Part shown: positions 14,008 through 26,521 of the stretch, piece after piece
Numbering within the stretch: the first letter of the stretch is position 1
Layout of the letters: each line of letters starts with the position of its first letter
Assembly: GCA_951406725.2 (NCBI GenBank)
Contig: OX597815.1
Coordinates: 69,068,001 to 69,132,000 of the forward strand
Origin: Octopus vulgaris
Taxonomy: Eukaryota
Length of the DNA stretch: 64,000 nucleotides
Direction: 5' to 3'
The notes under the pieces: model-generated
What the model was told of the DNA's origin: nothing
The model's database searches: none
What the model saw: the letters and a program-made list of their open reading frames with translations, nothing else
Translations under genes and position numbers: made by a program

Positions 14008-14116
14008 TTTTGCAGGAATTTTGACACTTTTTATAGTATTATTGAGTGTGTAGGGGTGGGGAGAGATATAAGATAGTACAAGAGGGTGAGGAATGGGGAG
14101 AAAGTGAGAGAGAGCG

Positions 14117-14441
14117 TGTGTGTGTGTTTGTATCTGAAGGTAGTGTTAAAGGGAAGGAAGAGGAAGGAGAGAAAGAAGAAAAAATTTGTTGATATCTTTG
14201 CAGCTGGTCAGTCTTTCAATAGTAAGTAATTCTTGGCTTTCAGCAATGGCAAACCCAGCTGGTCACTCCAAGGGATAAAATGACCAGCTGGGTTTGCCAT
14301 TGCTAAAAGTCAAGAATCGCTTATTATTGAAAGACAGACCAGCTGGAAAGATATCAACAAATTTTTTCTTCTTTCTCTCCTTCCTTTCCTTCTCTTTTTC
14401 TTTAACACTTCTTTCAGATACAAATACACATACATACACAC
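14117..14441. repeat. Long fold-back (~150-bp arms, 15-nt loop), probably an inverted Penelope-like terminus
   Basis: ...gcaatggcaaacccagctggtca [ctccaagggataaaa] tgaccagctgggtttgccattgc... Confidence 0.8.
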
Positions 14442-14635
14442 AGTGTTTGCCTTCCCCTCTCCCAACATCGCTTGACAACTGGTGCTGGTGTGTTTACATC
14501 TCTGTAACTTAGCGGTTTGGCAAAAGAGACTGATAGGATAAGTGCTAGGCTTAGAAAGAGGTTGATTTGCTCGATTAAAGGCGGTGCTCCAGCATGACCA
14601 GTTAAATAACTGAAACAAATAAAAGATAGTAAAGA

Positions 14636-14674
<39 letters not shown>

Positions 14675-14813
14675 TATAGAGATAAAACCACTATTAGGCA
14701 AATCAAACAGTGAAAAACATAAGCCAATACATAAAATTAATTTAAAAATATAAAAGTTAAAAATAAAAAATTATTTAAATAATTTAAACTTATAAATTTT
14801 ATATATATATACA

Positions 14814-14846
<33 letters not shown>

Positions 14847-14994
14847 AATATTTTTATATCTATATATTATTTTATTAATTAATTAATTTTTTTATTTATA
14901 TATATATATATATGTATACACACACACAGACACACATATATATACATACACACACACACACACATATATATATACACATATATGTACATATACA

Positions 14995-15044
<50 letters not shown>

Positions 15045-15092
15045 TATATATACATATACACACACACATATATATATATATATACACACATA

Positions 15093-16520
15093 TCATCATC
15101 ATCATTTAGCATCCGTTCTCCATGCTAGCATGGGTTGGACGGTTCAACTGGGGTCTGTGAAGCTGGAAGGCTTCATCAGGCCCAGTCAGATCTGGCAGTG
15201 TTTCTACGGCTGGATGCCCTTCCTAACGCCAACCACTCCGTGAGTGTAGTGGGTGCTTTTACGTGCCACCTGCACAGGTGCCAGACAGAGCTGGCAAACG
15301 GCCACGAACGGATGGTGCTTTTACGTGTCACCGGCACGGGGCCAGGCGAGGCTGGCAATGGACACGAACGGATGGTGCTTTTACGTGCCACCAACACGGG
15401 GGCCAGACAGAGCTGGCAAACGGCCACGAAACGGATGGGGCTTTTACGTGTCACCGGCACGGGGGCCAGGCGAGGCTGGCAACGGGCACGAACGGATGGT
15501 GCTTTTACATGCCACTGACACGGGGGCCAGACAGGGCTGGCAAACGACCACGAACGGATGGTGCTTTTACGTGTCACCGGCACGGGGGCCAGGCGAGGCT
15601 GGCAATGGACACGAACGGATGGTGCTTTTACATGTCACCGACATGGGGGCCAGACAGGGCTGGCAAACGGCCACGAACGGATGGTGCTTTTACATGTCAC
15701 CGGCACGGGGGCCAGACAGAGCTGGCAAACGGCCACGAACGGATGGTGCTTTTACGTGTCACCGGCACGGGGGCCAGCCAGAGCTGGCAAACGGCTACGA
15801 ACGGATGGTGCTTTTACGTGTCACCGGCACGGGGGCCAGACAGAGCTGGCAAACGGCCACAAACGGATGGTACTTTTACGTGTCACTGGCACGGGGGCCA
15901 GGCCAGGCTGGCAATGAACACGAACGGATGGTGCTTTTACGTGCCACCTACACGGGGGCCAGACAGGGCTGGCGAACGGCTACGAACGGATGGTACTTTT
16001 ACGTGTCACCTGCACGGGGGCCCTGATGTTGATCGACCTCAATTTGGTTTGATCTTGATTTTGACTGTTCTCACTGGTCTTGCCGGGTTTTCTCACGCAC
16101 AGTATACCTCCAAAGGTCTCGGTCACTGGTCATTTCCTTGGTGAGACCTAAAGTTCGAAGGTCGTGCTTCACCGCCTCGACCCAGGTTTTCCTGGGTCTA
16201 CCTCTTCCACAGGTCCCCTCAACTGCCAGGGTGTGGCACTTTCGCACACAACTATCTTCAGCCATTCTCATCACATGACCATACCAGCGCATACGTCTCT
16301 CTTGCACACAACAACTGATACTTCTTAGGTTCAACTTTTCTCTCAAGGTACTTACACTCTGTCGATTATGAACACTGACGTTACACATCCATCGGAGCAT
16401 ACTAGCTTCATTTCTTGCGAGCTTACGCAAATCCTCAGCAGTCACAGCCCAAGTTTCACTACCATGTAGCATGGCTGTACGTACACATGCATCATACAGT
16501 CTGCCTTTTACTTTGAGCGA
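15093..16520 (-). mobile_element. 5'-truncated RTE-clade LINE (ORF C-terminus, 3' UTR array, (GAT)n tail); relatively young
   Basis: SLKVKGRLYDACVRTAMLHGSETWAVT...RWYGHVMRM...GRGRPRKTW; CpG-rich; inserted in a TA/CA microsatellite. Confidence 0.92.
15252..16021 (-). repeat. Tandem array of 13 ~62-bp units in the RTE 3' UTR
   Basis: Repeated core ggatggtgcttttacgtg(t/c)caccggcacgggggccag with two interleaved variants. Confidence 0.95.
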
Positions 16521-16524
16521 TACA

Positions 16525-16558
<34 letters not shown>

Positions 16559-16592
16559 CATACATACATATATATATATACATACATACGTG

Positions 16593-16628
<36 letters not shown>

Positions 16629-16794
16629 TATATACATGCATACATACATACATACATACATACATATAAATAGATACAGCTTTTTAAAGTTCAAACACCT
16701 ATGCATTCTGCAGCTGTTAAAATTTTAGGCGATTCCACTCATCTGAGAATGCAATGCATTTACAGAAACACATTGCAGCCTGCGATGAAATATA

Positions 16795-16890
16795 TATTTT
16801 ACATATATATATACATACACACACATATATATACATATGCATACATATATACATATATATATATATATCCACACATATATATGCATATAT

Positions 16891-16943
<53 letters not shown>

Positions 16944-17243
16944 CATATGTATATATATATACACGTATATATATATATATATACACACATACATATATAT
17001 ATATATACACACATACATATATATATACACATGCATATATATACACACACATGCATATATATATACACACATGCATATATATACACACACATGCATATAT
17101 ATATACACACATGCATATATATATACACACACATGCATATATATATATACACATGCATATATATATACACACACATGCATATATATATATACACACATGC
17201 ATATATATATATACACACACACACACATATATATACACATACT

Positions 17244-17287
<44 letters not shown>

Positions 17288-17291
17288 TATA
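16795..17291. repeat. Compound (TA)n/(CA)n microsatellite with higher-order unit CACATGCATATATATA
   Basis: Seen directly; other long TA/CA tracts at 14635-15092, 16521-16668 and 33803-33910. Confidence 0.95.
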
Positions 17292-18609
17292 CTGGCAATG
17301 GCCATGCTCAAGTGGTATTTTTTACGTGTCACCTGCACAGGATCCAGTCCAGTGGCACTGGCAATGACCTTGCTTGAATGTTTTTCATGTGCCACCGGCA
17401 CAAGTGCCAGTAAGCTGATGCTTGTAACGATCATGTTTGAATGGTGCCTTTTACATGCCACCGGCATAGAAATCAGTCAGCTGCTCTTGCAGTGATCTTG
17501 CTCAGATGGTGCTCCACTGGCACGGGTGCCAGTCACCGAATTTGCGAATTCGATTTGATTTTGATTTCACTTGCCTCAACAGGTCTTTTCAAGCAGAGTT
17601 TAGTGTTCAATGTAGGAAAGGTATGCATAAGTGGGCTGGTTACACCCCTGGCATAGGTCACGAGTTATGGTCTCACTTGGCTTGCTGGGTCTTATGCACT
17701 GCATACTTCCAAAGGTCTCAGTCACTAGTTATTGCCTCGGTGAGGCCTAATGTTCAAAGGTCATGCTTCACCACCTCATCCCAAGTCTTCCTGGATCTAC
17801 CTCTTCCACAGGTTCCCTCAACTGCTAGGGTGTGGCACTTTTACACACAGCTATCCTCATCCATTCTCACCACATGACCATACCAGCGCACACCACATCT
17901 GATGCTTCTTAGGTTCAACTTTTCTCTCAAGGTACTTACACTCTGTCATGTATGAACACTGACATTACACATCCATCAGAGCATACTGGCTTTATTCTTT
18001 GCGAGCTTACGCATGTCCTCAGCAGTCATGGCCCATGTTTCACTGCCATGTAGAATGTCTGTTCATACACATGCATCATACAGTCTACTTTTTACTCTGA
18101 GCGAGAGGCTCTTTGTCACCAGCAGAGGTAAGAGCTCTCTGAACTTTGCCCAGGCTATTCTTATTCTAGCAGTTACACTTTCAGTGCACCCTCCCCCGCT
18201 ACTGACTTGGTCACCTAGGTAATGGAAGCTATCAACTACTTGTAGTTTTTTTTCTTGGAAATTGACAGAAGTTGTACTCTGCACATTTTCAGTGTTTATT
18301 GCTCCTGAGCATCTGTCACATACAAAAACTATCTTCCCAGTTAGCCTTCCTTTGTTATTTCTGCACATCTTATATGTCCATAGCTTACACTGGGTACATC
18401 TTATGGAGTTTCTACCTACGCCATTTCTACAAATCGAGCAGGGCCATCTACCTGAAGGGATTTGTCGTTTGTCTGCCTTTGTACTTACTAGGACTTTAGT
18501 TTTAGCTAGGTTGACTCTAAGGCCCTTTGATTCTAATCCTTGTTTCCACACTTGAAACTTCCAGTTCTGATAGTGACTCAGCAATTAGAGCAAGGTCGTC
18601 AGCATAGAG
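17291..18609 (-). mobile_element. Older RTE-clade LINE fragment (RT C-terminal half plus degenerate 3' UTR repeats)
   Basis: LYADDLALI, WKQGLESKGLRVNLAKTKV, YLGDQVSSGGGC...ARIRIAWAKFRELLP; frameshifts. Confidence 0.92.
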
Positions 18610-19451
18610 TGTGTGTGTGTGTGTGTGTGATCATCATTGTTATATTTATATATGGGCTTCTTTCAGTTTACATCAACCATATCCACTCATAAGCCTTTGG
18701 TCAACTTAAAGCTATAGTAAAAAACACTTGACAACCTGAGACTACATGGTTGCAAATCAAGCTTCTCTGTCTGTATCCACACCTGCAATTGTGGCTACTT
18801 TTGTGCCTCTACAATATATTCAACATTCCATGAATCGCATTCAATTCATTCTTATCCTTTAACCACTGCCTGCCTTCTATTTTTATTACTTATACCTTGT
18901 TGCTATTATGACTGAGGCTCTCAAACCAAGATATGCTTACCTTTAAGAGTTTATGAGAAAACCTTGTGTTGTTTGTAAAAAAAACATTGGTATTTTGAAG
19001 TAATCACAACCAACTAAACCCAACTTGTGGAGATCCTTTTTACCACATCCCTTCCATTTATTATTGTTTTGTACAAAGGTTTACAGTATTGTTTATAAGC
19101 AAAAACAAATTTCATGCTTGACTGTTAACTGAGAATGATATGGAGATATGCTTGCCTGAAACTGTTAATTAGAACTGTTAATTACCTTTTTAAAAACAAA
19201 ATCCAAGCTAATTTATCTCATAAAAATATAACGTTAAATTAAATCAAGTTCTGACATTGACACAAGACCAGAAGTTTGAGGAGAGAGAATAGTCAGTTAT
19301 ATTGACCCCAGTACTTCACTGGGACATTATCTTCTTGATCCTGGAAGGATGGAAGGCAAACTAGACCATAACAGAGTTTAAACTCTTTGAATTAAAATTA
19401 GATAACAAATAATTCATTCTATTTGTTCTGATATCCATTTCATATTTTATT

Positions 19452-19735
19452 CTTCATCATCATCATTAGATGTTTTCTGCTCTCAGCAGATTTTTATGCA
19501 TTCACTATATGATAGTTTAGTCCAGTCCTTAATGTTATGTTATCAAACTAGTTTCTTCTAAGCTTCTTTTTTTTCCTTTCTAATAAGTTTTTGTATACCT
19601 TGTGCTCTTATTACATGACCAAAAGTACTTTAGGTATATTTTTTTAATAGCTAAAAGTAACGACCTTTTTGTATTTGCTAGTTGTAGCACTTCTTCATTA
19701 GTTATACGTGGTGTCCCAACATTGCTGGGCATCAT
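19452..19735 (-). mobile_element. Very decayed RTE-like 3' fragment
   Basis: Minus-strand remnant FGHVIRAQG and a (GAT)n tail. Confidence 0.4.
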
Positions 19736-19825
19736 GAAGCAGTACAGTGGAAGAAAATATCTGATAACTCCTACCTTGTAGCATAAAACTTCTTGTTAGT
19801 TCACAGCTAGTCTTGTTGTTCATGC

Positions 19826-19883
<58 letters not shown>

Positions 19884-22138
19884 AATTTCTAAAACTAACA
19901 CTATCAATTTCTTGGTGACTTACTGAGGAGTTAAGGATTTGTTAAAGGGCAGATTTTCTGATTATCTTAGTTGTCTTTAGTTTCTAACTGTTAATGTCGA
20001 GCACATTTGCAACATATAACTGCTGCTGTATCAGATAAATATGAAGACTGTTTATCTATGTATTATGAAGATATTTTTACTGATTAGGCTAATACTAGTA
20101 GTACTACTACTATGCTAACATTTTTAATATCAGGCTGTGGTGGTGGTAGCAGCAGCAAAGGAGTGGAAGTATTATCAATCATTGCTTCGTTTATTTTGTT
20201 GTGGGTATTGATTTTATTAAGTATACCCTATCAAAATTTCATATTTTGTGAAGATTGTACAACCTTGCATCAAATTGCAAAAGTAGAAATGCCATGTTCT
20301 GAAGCATTTTCAGTTGTGAATTGTTTCTTATTTAATTTGATGTTCAACTTATATATAATGGTTATTCCTTTAAGAGTAGCTATTTTCTGTCAGTGATTTT
20401 CTATCTTTGAATTAAATATTGACCTGCACAAAACATGTTAAAAGATTCTCTTCTTTTTTTTTAATAATTCCCTCCCACTCTTGTTAGAAATATTGAAATT
20501 CTGTCTATTGGAAATAAATACTAATTAATACAAACAAAGGAATTAGAAATAATATATATTCTAATTACTTTAGACATTAAAGTGGTTGTACAGTTAAGAG
20601 GCTTGCTTCCTAACCATATGTTTTCAGGTTCAGTCCCACTGTGTGGTACCTTGGGCAAGTGTCTCTTAATATAGCCCTGGGTTTATCAAAGTCTTGTAAG
20701 TGGATTTGGTAGACAGAAACTGAAAGAAGCCCATCTATATATATATACGTGTGTGTGTGTAAATCCTTGCCTTGGCATCAAATGTTGATTACAAATGAAT
20801 GTCATAATTATACAAGAGATGTATCCAGTCATCCATGGAAAATATTACATTGTTTGGAAACAGGTGAAGGGCAGTGAAAGGAAGAGCATCTAGCTCCAGA
20901 AAATTTGTATCAACAAATTGTCTGACCCAGGCAAGCATTGGGAAAGCAGGCATGATCATTTTCAGCAATATTATAGTAATTTTGCAGAAGGGAAGTTTTA
21001 CTTTCTGGGTTGTTTACAACATTGAATTTTGTCAGTAACGTCATGTAGGATTTGACACCAGTATTTTGTCTGGTACGTTTATTGAAGGATGAAGAGTAAA
21101 AATTGAACTCAGAACTCTCCTTCCATACCCTGTCAAGCTTACCTACCCATTCACTCTTTCTAATCCTCTATCTCTATTCTCTCATATACTCATCATGTAC
21201 CTTGAAGGTACACTGTGATACCTCATCACCACCATCTCTTTTCTCTATTTCCAACCAATGTATCTCCTCTTTAGCAAAACATTGTTCCTCCTCCTCTGGC
21301 ATAAAGATACCTCTCTCAATATTACACCCCAATTGTGAGTTAAATGGCAACTTCACTAGTGCTGGTGTCATGTAAAAAGAACACTCTGTAAAGTGGATTG
21401 GCATTAGGGAAGACAGCCAACCATGCCAGAGCAGACATTGCAGCACAATGCAATTGGGACTGTTAGATCCTGTTAAACTGTCAAACCCATTCCTGCAAGG
21501 AACATGGACATTGAATGAGGATGATGACCTATGTATCCAGTGAATGCAGTTCCGGATGCATTAAAGCCAAAACAGATGAAATGGTAGTGTCTTTAACGTC
21601 ATTGACCATAGAACCTCTCAGTCAAGGTTCACTTGAAGCTGAATGACAGTCCATTGACCTGTCTCAAATGGCTGAGTTCTTTTACTTGGAATTATTTGAT
21701 TTATTCTATGGCAACAAACATGAATCAGAAAGTGATACTAAATTTACACTGTCTGCTTCAATCTCATTAATAAAACTAATTAAATAGTTTCCAGTTTGTT
21801 TAATAGTAGAAAGACCAAATTAGCATAAAACACTAGCCTCAACACACACTAGTGTGAGAAACCAATGAAGATATTGGAGATCAATGCAGCCCTCTGGCTC
21901 ATCAGATCCCTCAAGCTGTTCCTTGCCAGCATGGAAACCAGATGTTAAATGGTTGATTACACATACACTCACACATGTGCATATATATATATATATATGA
22001 AACATTGCCAGATTAGACTGGAGCCTGGTGCAGCCTTCTGGCTTCCCAGAACCCCGGTCGAACCGTCCAACCCATGCTAGCATGGAGAACGGACGTTAAA
22101 CGATGATGATGATGATGATGATGATATATATATATTGG

Positions 22139-22170
<32 letters not shown>

Positions 22171-22174
<4 letters not shown>

Positions 22175-22490
22175 GGCGCGTGGCTTAGTGGTTAGGGCAT
22201 TCGGCTCATGATCGTAAGGTTGTGAGTTCGATTCCCGGCGACGCGTTGTGTCCCTGAGCAAGACACTTTATTTCACGTTGCTCCAGTCCACTCAGCTGGC
22301 AAAAATGAGTTGTACTTGTATTTCAAAGGGTCAGCCTTGTCACTCTCTGTGTCACGCTGATTATCCCCGAGAACTACGTTAAGGGTACACGTGTCTGTGG
22401 AATGCTCAGCCATTTGCACGTTAATTTCACGAGCAAGCTGTTCCGTTGATCGTATCAGCTGGGACCCTCGTCGTCGTAACCGGCGGAGTC

Positions 22491-22493
<3 letters not shown>
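22171..22493 (+). mobile_element. Near-intact young tRNA-derived SINE, second family
   Basis: A box TGGCTTAGTGG (22181), B box GAGTTCGATTCCC (22224), CpG-rich, inserted in (TA)n; decayed copies at about 9345-9480, 23815-24110, 38482-38785, 39075-39238 and 53380-53600. Confidence 0.88.
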
Positions 22494-22521
<28 letters not shown>

Positions 22522-22525
<4 letters not shown>

Positions 22526-23749
22526 GATGTTTGAAATGTAATTGCCTTTTTTCACCACTATGAAATATGAATCAACCAATCATACCAGAGCTGAAGTTAA
22601 ATGGGTTGGAACTGTCTAGAAATAATATATTACCTCTGCTATCCAGCAGTGTGTCACTCATAGTTATTTCAGTAATTAACCCCAATGGAAGATAGGAACT
22701 TTATGAAACAACATATTTGCCATTGCTTGCTGTATGAATTTTGAAAGAAAAGTACTGCTATGGAAGGAACGAAAAATATTTGTGATCTGTATACAGATGC
22801 AGTGAAAGCTCTTACATGTCAGCTGTGGTTTAAGAGGTTCAAAGATGGTGATTGTGACATATCTGACTAGCCTCACTCTGGAAGACAACCTTTTGAATGA
22901 GCCTTTTGTATCAGTTCCATGTCAAAGTACCAGACATTTGGCACAAAGATTTGATGTGTTGTGTTCAACTATCCATGAACATCTCAAAGCAAATTGGGAA
23001 AACATGCAAAGAGGGAATTTGGGTTCCACATGTGCTTACATTTGAGAACTGAACACAATGTTCTACCCTATGCAGAAGTTGTCTAACCAGGAATAACAAC
23101 CTGTCATTTCTGTAGTGCATTGTTACAGGTGATGAAAAATGGGCTTTGCATCACAACAGAAAATGCAAACGATAATGGTTATCATGTAATGAAAGGCCTA
23201 TGCCAACACCAAAACCAGAACTCCATCCACAAAAATCTTTGCTCTGTGTTTAGTGGAACATGAAAAGTATCGTCCATTACAAGCTACTGGAACATGGAAA
23301 GACCATCAATGAAGATGTCTATTGCCAACAACTTGACCATGTAAATGAAAAATTTACATCAAAAGTGGTCAGAAAAGGTGTTATTCTCTAGCATTTCCAC
23401 ACTCTTCAGAACAAACCCAAGAAAAAATATGATCATTTGGCTGGGAAGTTCTTCCACATCCTCCACACTCACCTGACTTAGCATCTATGGATTTCTATCT
23501 GTTCTGATCACTAGAACATTCTATAAGAGGCGAAACATTCAGAAACAGAAGTTGAAAACAGTCTTTCAGACTTTTTTCAGGAAAAGAAATAGGTTTCTTT
23601 GAACGTGGCATTAAAAAGTTACTTTCCCATTGGGTTGCAGTTTTTGAAAATGATGGTGATTACATTTTTGATTAAAACTATTCAGACAAATGTAGTTTAC
23701 ATTTGTTTTTATATCCTTTCTTGTAGAACACAATTACTTTCTGAACACC

Positions 23750-23753
<4 letters not shown>
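22522..23753 (+). mobile_element. Decayed full-length mariner (DD34D) transposon
   Basis: TIRs ttggatgtttgaaatgtaattg / caattactttctgaacaccctaa in TA repeats; remnants WVPH, IVTGDEKW, PTPKPELHPQK, WEVLPHPPHSPDLASMDFYLF; stops and frameshifts. Confidence 0.92.
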
Positions 23754-23795
<42 letters not shown>

Positions 23796-24327
23796 TATAT
23801 ATATAGTGTGAGTAGTGAAGGTATGTGGCTTGGTGGTTAGGGTGTTGAACTTGTGGTTGCTAGATCATAAGCTCAATTCCTAGATTGAGCAGCACGTGTT
23901 CTTGATTAGACCACTTCATTTCACGTTACTCTACAATCATTTTGAAATTTGACGTGTGCACATTTGTGCATCTGTACAGGTAATGTCAGTTTCATGGTGG
24001 GAGTGAGTTCATGTGAGCACAAACATTTGATCTCTATAAACAAATCATCTGTGTGGGTTTTATATTGAGAAATTGTGGAAACATCATCTTTCGTTTAATG
24101 ATAGAAAAGTCTATAATGGTGAGTTTGATGGCTTTTGGACAGGCTGTGGCATGAAGAATAAGTCCAGCCAAAGGGATGATGACCTTAAAAGTCAGTGGCC
24201 ATCCAATTACAAGATATATATATTATGTGTGTGTGTGTGTATATATATATATGCGTGTGTGTGTGTGTGTATGCATAGAGAGGGAGAGAGAGAGAAGCAA
24301 TTTCATATGACATCCATAATTATGACC

Positions 24328-24670
24328 CTAGAATCGATCTATTGCATTTCAATCTATTTTAAATTTAGGGTTAGTTAGGGTTGGTTAGAAGTGGGGGAAG
24401 GGTATCTTTTTTTCTTTACTAATGTAAATAAACCCAATCTGTTTCTTAAACGAGGGACATATTCATATGGCACAGAATGTTGTTTACGTCAATGGACGTA
24501 ATTGATTGGTTGAAGAAAATATCTTACAAATATCTTACAAACTATAGAATTTTCTCAATAAAGCTATGAGAAAAAGATGTTTTATAAACACATTCTACCA
24601 GTATACGAAGTTTAAAATTTTTTAGTTACCTAGAAATTATGTTAAAAACTGATGTTCAAACTGAAAAGAT

Positions 24671-24672
<2 letters not shown>
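24328..24672. mobile_element. Half copy of a long-TIR (Mutator-like) element with TTAGGG-like core
   Basis: ttagggttagttagggttgg followed by an arm related to 42260-42449 (cattctaccagt..cgaagttt..ttagttac..aaagatc). Confidence 0.6.
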
Positions 24673-24709
<37 letters not shown>

Positions 24710-26236
24710 TCTGTGGCTTCTAAAATTTTCCACTATGAATGAATTTATTATTTCTATGATCTAATTGGTAAGACAGTGGATATCTTACAAACTTGAAAAA
24801 ACACTTACAGCAAGAACGCAGTTGATGATTTTGTGAGAATAACACTGATATTAAAGAATTTTTTTTTTAAATGATGATGTCAGAATTAATAACTAAATAT
24901 ATTAATAATGATTAAGTTTTCATTAAGTATTAACATGTTTAACATCACGCAATGACATACATTCTTCACATTATAAATTTACTCCCTGACTCAACATATT
25001 TTAACCAGTCAGACTGGCCTATTTGTTTCTAACCGTATCCACATTTTCTTATATTTCTCACAATCAGGGAATACATATATTTAGAACTTGCTTCTTTAAC
25101 CTGTTTGTTATTGTAGTTAATGTAGCTTACTTTGTTAGTTGCTGAACATTTCAAACAAGATACTCTCAGCTACAGAATTTTGCTATCTTCTCTTTATACA
25201 CACACAAAATCCCCCCCCTTCCAAGAGACTTTGATTTTTCTAGTTCACTCAGTTAACCAATGTCAGTCTGAACTTTTTCTGGTTTAACTGCTTTAAATTT
25301 TCCAGATTCAGTTAAGTGTTTAATTTTAATTTTTTTTTTTTTTTGTTGGTGATTATTTTAAAATTGATTGAATTTATGAAACCTAAATATCATCATCATC
25401 AACATCAAATATCCATTTCCATGCTGGCATTGGTTAGATGATTTGACATGATCCAATGGGTCTGATCAGAATTTTAATTTATAATCTTCAGCAATAACAA
25501 GTGCTGTTAATCCAGTATAAGAAACACAGACATGATGCTCGTAGTATAACCTAAGACAGATTATATAACTATACTAAAATCTAAGATTATATTAGATTTC
25601 TTTTAGTCTCAGGTATTCAGTAAATAAACAATTTACTTGTAAAATTAAAAAAAAAGTAAACACACTGTTTTTCTAAATCTTCATAAACTTGAATTTATAA
25701 TATTTAGAAGAATTTTTTAAATGTAAATTGCCATCTGTTATTATTGAGGTTTTTAAATGTGTGGTTTATCTTTTACTGGTTTCAGTTATAGGCTGTGACC
25801 ATGCTGTGGTACCACTATTATGTGGGTGTATGTGTGTGTGTCTCAGAATTTCTGACCATAAGTTTTCAGATGTTTGATCAACTGAACTACCAGGTTCATT
25901 GAGTACTCTACAGACATTTGCACCTTCAGGGTAATTCTTCCAATTAGAATCAATCTGATACAGTGCAACATGCCTCAACCTTTAAACTGAAAGTACAATC
26001 TAGCCAGATTCACATACAAAGGAAGGGTCAACCGGAGACTGAAGAAAATGACATTTGCTAAAGATGCCATCTAAATTCCTGATTAAGAAGCAAACTTCTT
26101 AATCATTTGACCTAACTGCATTTACACACACACACATGCATGATTAACCACTTTTCTTTGTTATTCAGTGTTAAGTTGCATATATGCAATTGCTAGGGTG
26201 CTTAGCATATCAGATAGTTACCATAATTTCTAATGT

Positions 26237-26464
26237 TCAGCCCTTTAGCATTTAAACCAGCCATATCTGGCCCAAATAATTTACTTATTTTATGTTCAGA
26301 CTGACCAGATTTGGCCTCTCACACCTACCTTATAATGTTATTCTAAAAATAAACTATCACATCATCATAATCTTGAAGCTTTGAGATAATGCATGATTAA
26401 TTCAAAATAATGTGAATGAACAATTGTTGCATTTGACAAAATAAACTGAATTCGAAAGGATTAA
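26237..26464. mobile_element. piggyBac-like MITE, family A
   Basis: ccctttagcatttaaacc...gaaaggattaa. Confidence 0.65.
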
Positions 26465-26469
26465 ACCTG

Positions 26470-26521
26470 TATAATGGTAGCTTTTACTTGGCTTATATAA
26501 TGGTAGCTTTTACTTGGCTTA
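26470..26521. repeat. Perfect 26-bp tandem duplication
   Basis: tataatggtagcttttacttggctta x2. Confidence 0.9.

Noticed and set aside
15252-16021. CRISPR array or protein-coding repeat ORFs (257-293 aa)
   Set aside because: The intervening sequences are two recurring variants rather than unique spacers, there are no cas genes, and the context is a eukaryotic LINE UTR; ORFs are open in several frames only because the GC-rich unit lacks stops
16701-17495. Long YI/HT/CV-rich ORFs (also 14879-15112, 29154-29607, 33662-33959)
   Set aside because: Translations of TA/CA microsatellites
22172-22245. tRNA gene
   Set aside because: A and B boxes are present but there is no proper acceptor stem, and it continues into a repeated SINE body
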